The notes under the pieces: model-generated
The model's database searches: none
Told to the model about the DNA's origin: nothing
What the model saw: the letters and a program-made list of their open reading frames with translations, nothing else
Source of the DNA: a virus
Taxonomy: Duplodnaviria > Caudoviricetes
DNA: 24,514 nt
IMG/VR virus record: IMGVR_UViG_3300009095_000071
Span: 1 to 24,514 of that record
Strand: one strand, 5' to 3'
Shown here: piece by piece, positions 21,715 through 24,514 of the stretch
Position numbering within the stretch: the stretch's first letter is position 1
How the letters are laid out: the number at the start of each line of letters is the position of its first letter
Made by a program: the position numbers and the translations under genes

Positions 21715-22251
21715 CTACTCGCCGCCCTTCGCCGGGCCTTTACCCTCACGGAGTGCGCGCCGCTGTTTTCGGCGAAGCCGACTTGCCGGTGCGTGCTGGT
21801 TTACAAATTCGCGGAAGGCCCCACCGGCACACTCAGCCTGGGCGCCGCACTCTGTGCCGACCTGCACACACTCGAAGCGATGCAGTGTCTTGACGTGCGC
21901 GAGTGCAGCCGGTGCCAGAAACGTGGCGGAAGCCCGTGGCTCAAGGCGATGCGGCAGGGTGGCGAAGCGGCAGTCCGGCAGAAGCTGGTGAAACTGGCGG
22001 CTGAATCGATAGCGGATCCGTATCCACCGCACGGTGACGGGCACAAGGCCCTGGTTGGTAACCGTAATCACCAGCTGCGACCCGTCCAGGGTATCTGTCA
22101 ACAGGTGGCCGAACACCAGCCCGCCACGGCTGACGGAGACGGACAGCCGAACCCTGTCACGCCGCCAAGCCATCAGCACCCCAGCCACGCCGGCGATAGC
22201 CCCAACAAGGGCGGAAGCCAACACCAGAAAGTCGATCAAGCCAGCGTCCAT
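21715..22251 (-). CDS. Membrane-anchored protein with a probable Ig-like beta domain (moron, antisense; start could be 22284)
   Basis: N-terminal TM, then WRRDRVRLSV…LVITVTNQGLVPVTV…LPHRLEPRAS. Confidence 0.65.
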   Translation of the reverse strand: MDAGLIDFLVLASALVGAIAGVAGVLMAWRRDRVRLSVSVSRGGLVFGHLLTDTLDGSQLVITVTNQGLVPVTVRWIRIRYRFSRQFHQLLPDCRFATLPHRLEPRASATFLAPAALAHVKTLHRFECVQVGTECGAQAECAGGAFREFVNQHAPASRLRRKQRRALREGKGPAKGGE

Positions 22252-22332
22252 GACAGCACCGGGGAAGAGAAAGACCCAAAGCATGAACACCGGCAAGCGC
22301 AAATTCAACCACACCGGCAAGGAGCCTCCGGG

Positions 22333-22521
22333 ATGAAAACCCTCACCGTCACCCTCAGCGACAACCTATACGACCAGCTGCGCCTGCTGGATGCCGAGGT
22401 CCGCCACAGCACATTCAGCGACGACTGGGCCGAGCGAGTTGAGAGCCTTGCGCCCAGGGCCATTGCCGTTCTCCTGGTTGCCATCACCGAGCAGGCCAAA
22501 GCACAGGAGGCAGCAGCATGA
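22333..22521 (+). CDS. Small hypothetical protein, possibly ribbon-helix-helix-like
   Basis: AAGGAG RBS; MKTLTVTLSDNLYDQLRLL. Confidence 0.65.
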   Translation: MKTLTVTLSDNLYDQLRLLDAEVRHSTFSDDWAERVESLAPRAIAVLLVAITEQAKAQEAAA

Positions 22522-22655
22522 CCATCGCCCTCACCATCATCGGCCTGGCCCTGCTCGCCCGTGGCCTCTACCGCCAGGCCATCAGCGGCGTAGCCATCGG
22601 CTCCCTCTGCCTGGCCCTGGCCTACCTGCTCGCCGCCGTGGAGGCCACCCAATGA
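22518..22655 (+). CDS. Small hydrophobic peptide (45 aa)
   Basis: AGGAGG RBS and ATGA overlaps at both ends; MTIALTIIGLALLARGLYRQAISGVAIGSLCLALAYLLAAVEATQ. Confidence 0.6.
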   Translation: MTIALTIIGLALLARGLYRQAISGVAIGSLCLALAYLLAAVEATQ

Positions 22656-22747
22656 GCGACGACATCGCCCTCGCCCTCACCATCACCACCCTGCTGGCCG
22701 CCGGCTCACTGCTGGCCTACTGCGCCGGCATGGCCATAGGAGCCTGA
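22652..22747 (+). CDS. Small hydrophobic peptide (31 aa)
   Basis: GGAGG RBS and ATGA overlap; MSDDIALALTITTLLAAGSLLAYCAGMAIGA. Confidence 0.55.
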   Translation: MSDDIALALTITTLLAAGSLLAYCAGMAIGA

Positions 22748-22748
22748 C

Positions 22749-23045
22749 ATGCCCAGCCATTGCACACGCCAAGCCGTCGCCCTCCTGCGGGATCGCCACT
22801 GGGTCCACACCACCGAGCACCAGCTGCTCAGCTGGCTGGTGGACCAAGGCATCGCCCGCCGCACCGAATGGGGATACGAACTGATCAACCCCCGGGCCCA
22901 CCAGGGCCGCCTGGCCAACCACTACAGCCAGCGCAACGTGGTCATCGCGGGCGAGCACCGCACGCGCCACACCGCCGCCATCCGCCTCACCGACGACGGC
23001 ATCGCCTGGCTCGCCGAGGCCATGGTCGAGAGCGCCGCGGCGTAA
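22749..23045 (+). CDS. Antirepressor KilAC(ANT)-like domain protein
   Basis: EHQLLSWLVDQG…QGRL…IRLTDDGIAWLAE resembles the KilAC pattern; AGGAG RBS. Confidence 0.55.
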   Translation: MPSHCTRQAVALLRDRHWVHTTEHQLLSWLVDQGIARRTEWGYELINPRAHQGRLANHYSQRNVVIAGEHRTRHTAAIRLTDDGIAWLAEAMVESAAA

Positions 23046-23047
23046 CC

Positions 23048-23350
23048 GTGCAGTGGAAGCCGCTCATCTACAAATCAGGCCCCCGGGGCGAGGAGCAAGA
23101 CCGTGAGTGCAAGCACACCATCCAGTCCAGTTGCGGGCGCTACCGCATCAGCCGCGACAAGCTCGACGGCACCGGGCTCTACACCCTATGGCACCTCAAC
23201 GCCCGCGACTACCTGTACGCCAGCGGCACCAGCGCCTGGCGCTGTATCGCCCAGGCACTACCTACCGCCAGCGACGCCAAGCGCCTCGCGGCAGATCACC
23301 AGCGCACAGGCCGATGCGATCCACGCGGCCCTGCTGCAGGCGCGGCTTGA
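23048..23350 (+). CDS. Hypothetical protein
   Basis: GTG 3 nt after the upstream stop; SSCGRYRISR…YTLW…ASDAKRLAADH. Confidence 0.6.
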   Translation: MQWKPLIYKSGPRGEEQDRECKHTIQSSCGRYRISRDKLDGTGLYTLWHLNARDYLYASGTSAWRCIAQALPTASDAKRLAADHQRTGRCDPRGPAAGAA

Positions 23351-23461
23351 TGCCATCACCCTCTACCGCATCAACCGCCGCGACCGGCGCGATTACGACG
23401 ACCAGATCAAGCTGATCACCGAAGCCGAGCACGCCATCGGCGCCCACGAGGCCCTCGACCT

Positions 23462-23911
23462 ATGAACGCACCCGCAAAAATCACCGGCAGCGGCCGCCAC
23501 AGCAGCATCGACGACTGCTACTGGACGCTCGACAGCGCAGCCCCCAGTCCCTGCGACACCTGCCCGACGCGGCAGGGCTGCCAGCACGAGTGCAACCTGT
23601 TTTTGAAATACATCCGCGCCGCCACCCGCACCGAGGGCCTGCGCCGATACATGCGCGCCCTCGCCGAGCGCGACGGCATCCGCCACCTCTCCGCCGCCGA
23701 CCAGCGCGCCCACCAGGCCGCCGCCGACATCGGCGCACCCTTCACCACCGAGGACCTGGTCATCGCCTACCAGATCCGCTTCGGCAAGCTGATGCTCGAA
23801 AAAACCGCGGAGGAGCACCTGGTTGCGCTGGAAAAATGCGGCACGGTAGAACGGTGCGGTGACGGGCTTTGGCAAATTCGTTTTACCAACCAACCAACCA
23901 CACAGGAGTAA
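23462..23911 (+). CDS. Hypothetical protein with a Cys cluster and possible C-terminal winged helix
   Basis: PCDTCPTRQGCQHEC; FTTEDL…TAEEHLVALEKCGTVERCGDGLW. Confidence 0.7.
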   Translation: MNAPAKITGSGRHSSIDDCYWTLDSAAPSPCDTCPTRQGCQHECNLFLKYIRAATRTEGLRRYMRALAERDGIRHLSAADQRAHQAAADIGAPFTTEDLVIAYQIRFGKLMLEKTAEEHLVALEKCGTVERCGDGLWQIRFTNQPTTQE

Positions 23912-23915
23912 CACC

Positions 23916-24257
23916 ATGGGCACTCGTCCATTTGTCGACACCCTGCGCGAAATCGAATTCGGCCACCTGCTGGACGAGCTCGCCGATGCGCAACAACAAG
24001 TCGTCGAAGCGGTAATGGAGACCGGCAAAAAAGGCCAGATCACCATCACCCTCAACTACAACCCCGAGGGCCAAGGCCAGATCACCATCGCCAGCGACCT
24101 CAAAAAGAAAGTCCCGCAGCTGCCGCGCGGCAAGTCGCTCTTCTTTGTCACGCCCGAGCGCAACCTCACCCGTCAAGACCCGCGCCAGATCGAAATCACC
24201 GGACTGCGCAAGGTCGAAGACACAGCCACCGAAGTAAGGAGCGTCAACAATGGATAA
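23916..24257 (+). CDS. YfdP-like phage protein (partner of DUF2303)
   Basis: AGGAG RBS; FVDTLRE…V.ETGKKGQITITL…FFVTPERNLTRQDPRQ. Confidence 0.75.
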   Translation: MGTRPFVDTLREIEFGHLLDELADAQQQVVEAVMETGKKGQITITLNYNPEGQGQITIASDLKKKVPQLPRGKSLFFVTPERNLTRQDPRQIEITGLRKVEDTATEVRSVNNG

Positions 24258-24514
24258 TGCCAACACGTGGGCCAAAGACATCATCGGCGCCGCCATGGCC
24301 AGCCAGGCGCAGCCCATCGCCCCGCCGGCCGACGCGGACACCTTCATCGTCGCTACCCACAAGGACATGGTCGTCCAGAGCCTTGAAGAGCACCTGCCCG
24401 CGCCGCTCCGCATCCGCGAGCAGGTATACATCACCGAGGCCACCAGCTTTATCGACTACTGGCAACGCTTCGCCAGCGACTCCAGCGTGATCTTCGCCGA
24501 CCTCAACCAGCGCC
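24250..24514 (+). CDS. DUF2303/YfdQ-family protein, N-terminal part (truncated by the window)
   Basis: AAGGAG RBS; hand translation MDNANTWAKD…SLEEHLPAPLRIRE…SFIDYWQRF…SVIFAD. Confidence 0.78.
   Translation, partial: MDNANTWAKDIIGAAMASQAQPIAPPADADTFIVATHKDMVVQSLEEHLPAPLRIREQVYITEATSFIDYWQRFASDSSVIFADLNQR

Noticed and set aside
1-24514. tRNA, rRNA, integrase/att, IS, reverse transcriptase or DGR
   Set aside because: None was recognisable by eye. A tRNAscan/Infernal/HMM run would be needed to exclude them formally.

Overview
This window is the middle part of a GC-rich, HK97/D3-like temperate siphophage (prophage or phage contig), probably of a proteobacterium. No integrase, att site or host gene is visible. 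The minus strand carries, right to left: cro-like regulator, TraR, dNTP diphosphohydrolase, a split TOPRIM primase/helicase pair, an iteron-like origin, a Q-like antiterminator with late promoter, lysis genes, HNH, a probable cos site, terS, terL, portal, ClpP, major capsid, neck and tail genes, and the start of the tape measure gene. The plus strand carries the repressor, accessory genes and an early operon ending in a YfdP/YfdQ-like pair. The most interesting feature is a probable virion glycan-modification system inside the head-neck module. A small gene after the capsid gene appears to be joined by an unannotated -1 frameshift (10-bp stem, possible pseudoknot) to a Maf/CstII-like transferase domain that has no start codon of its own. 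A GT9-like glycosyltransferase and a SAM methyltransferase follow. All family assignments come from motifs recognised by eye, not from database searches.
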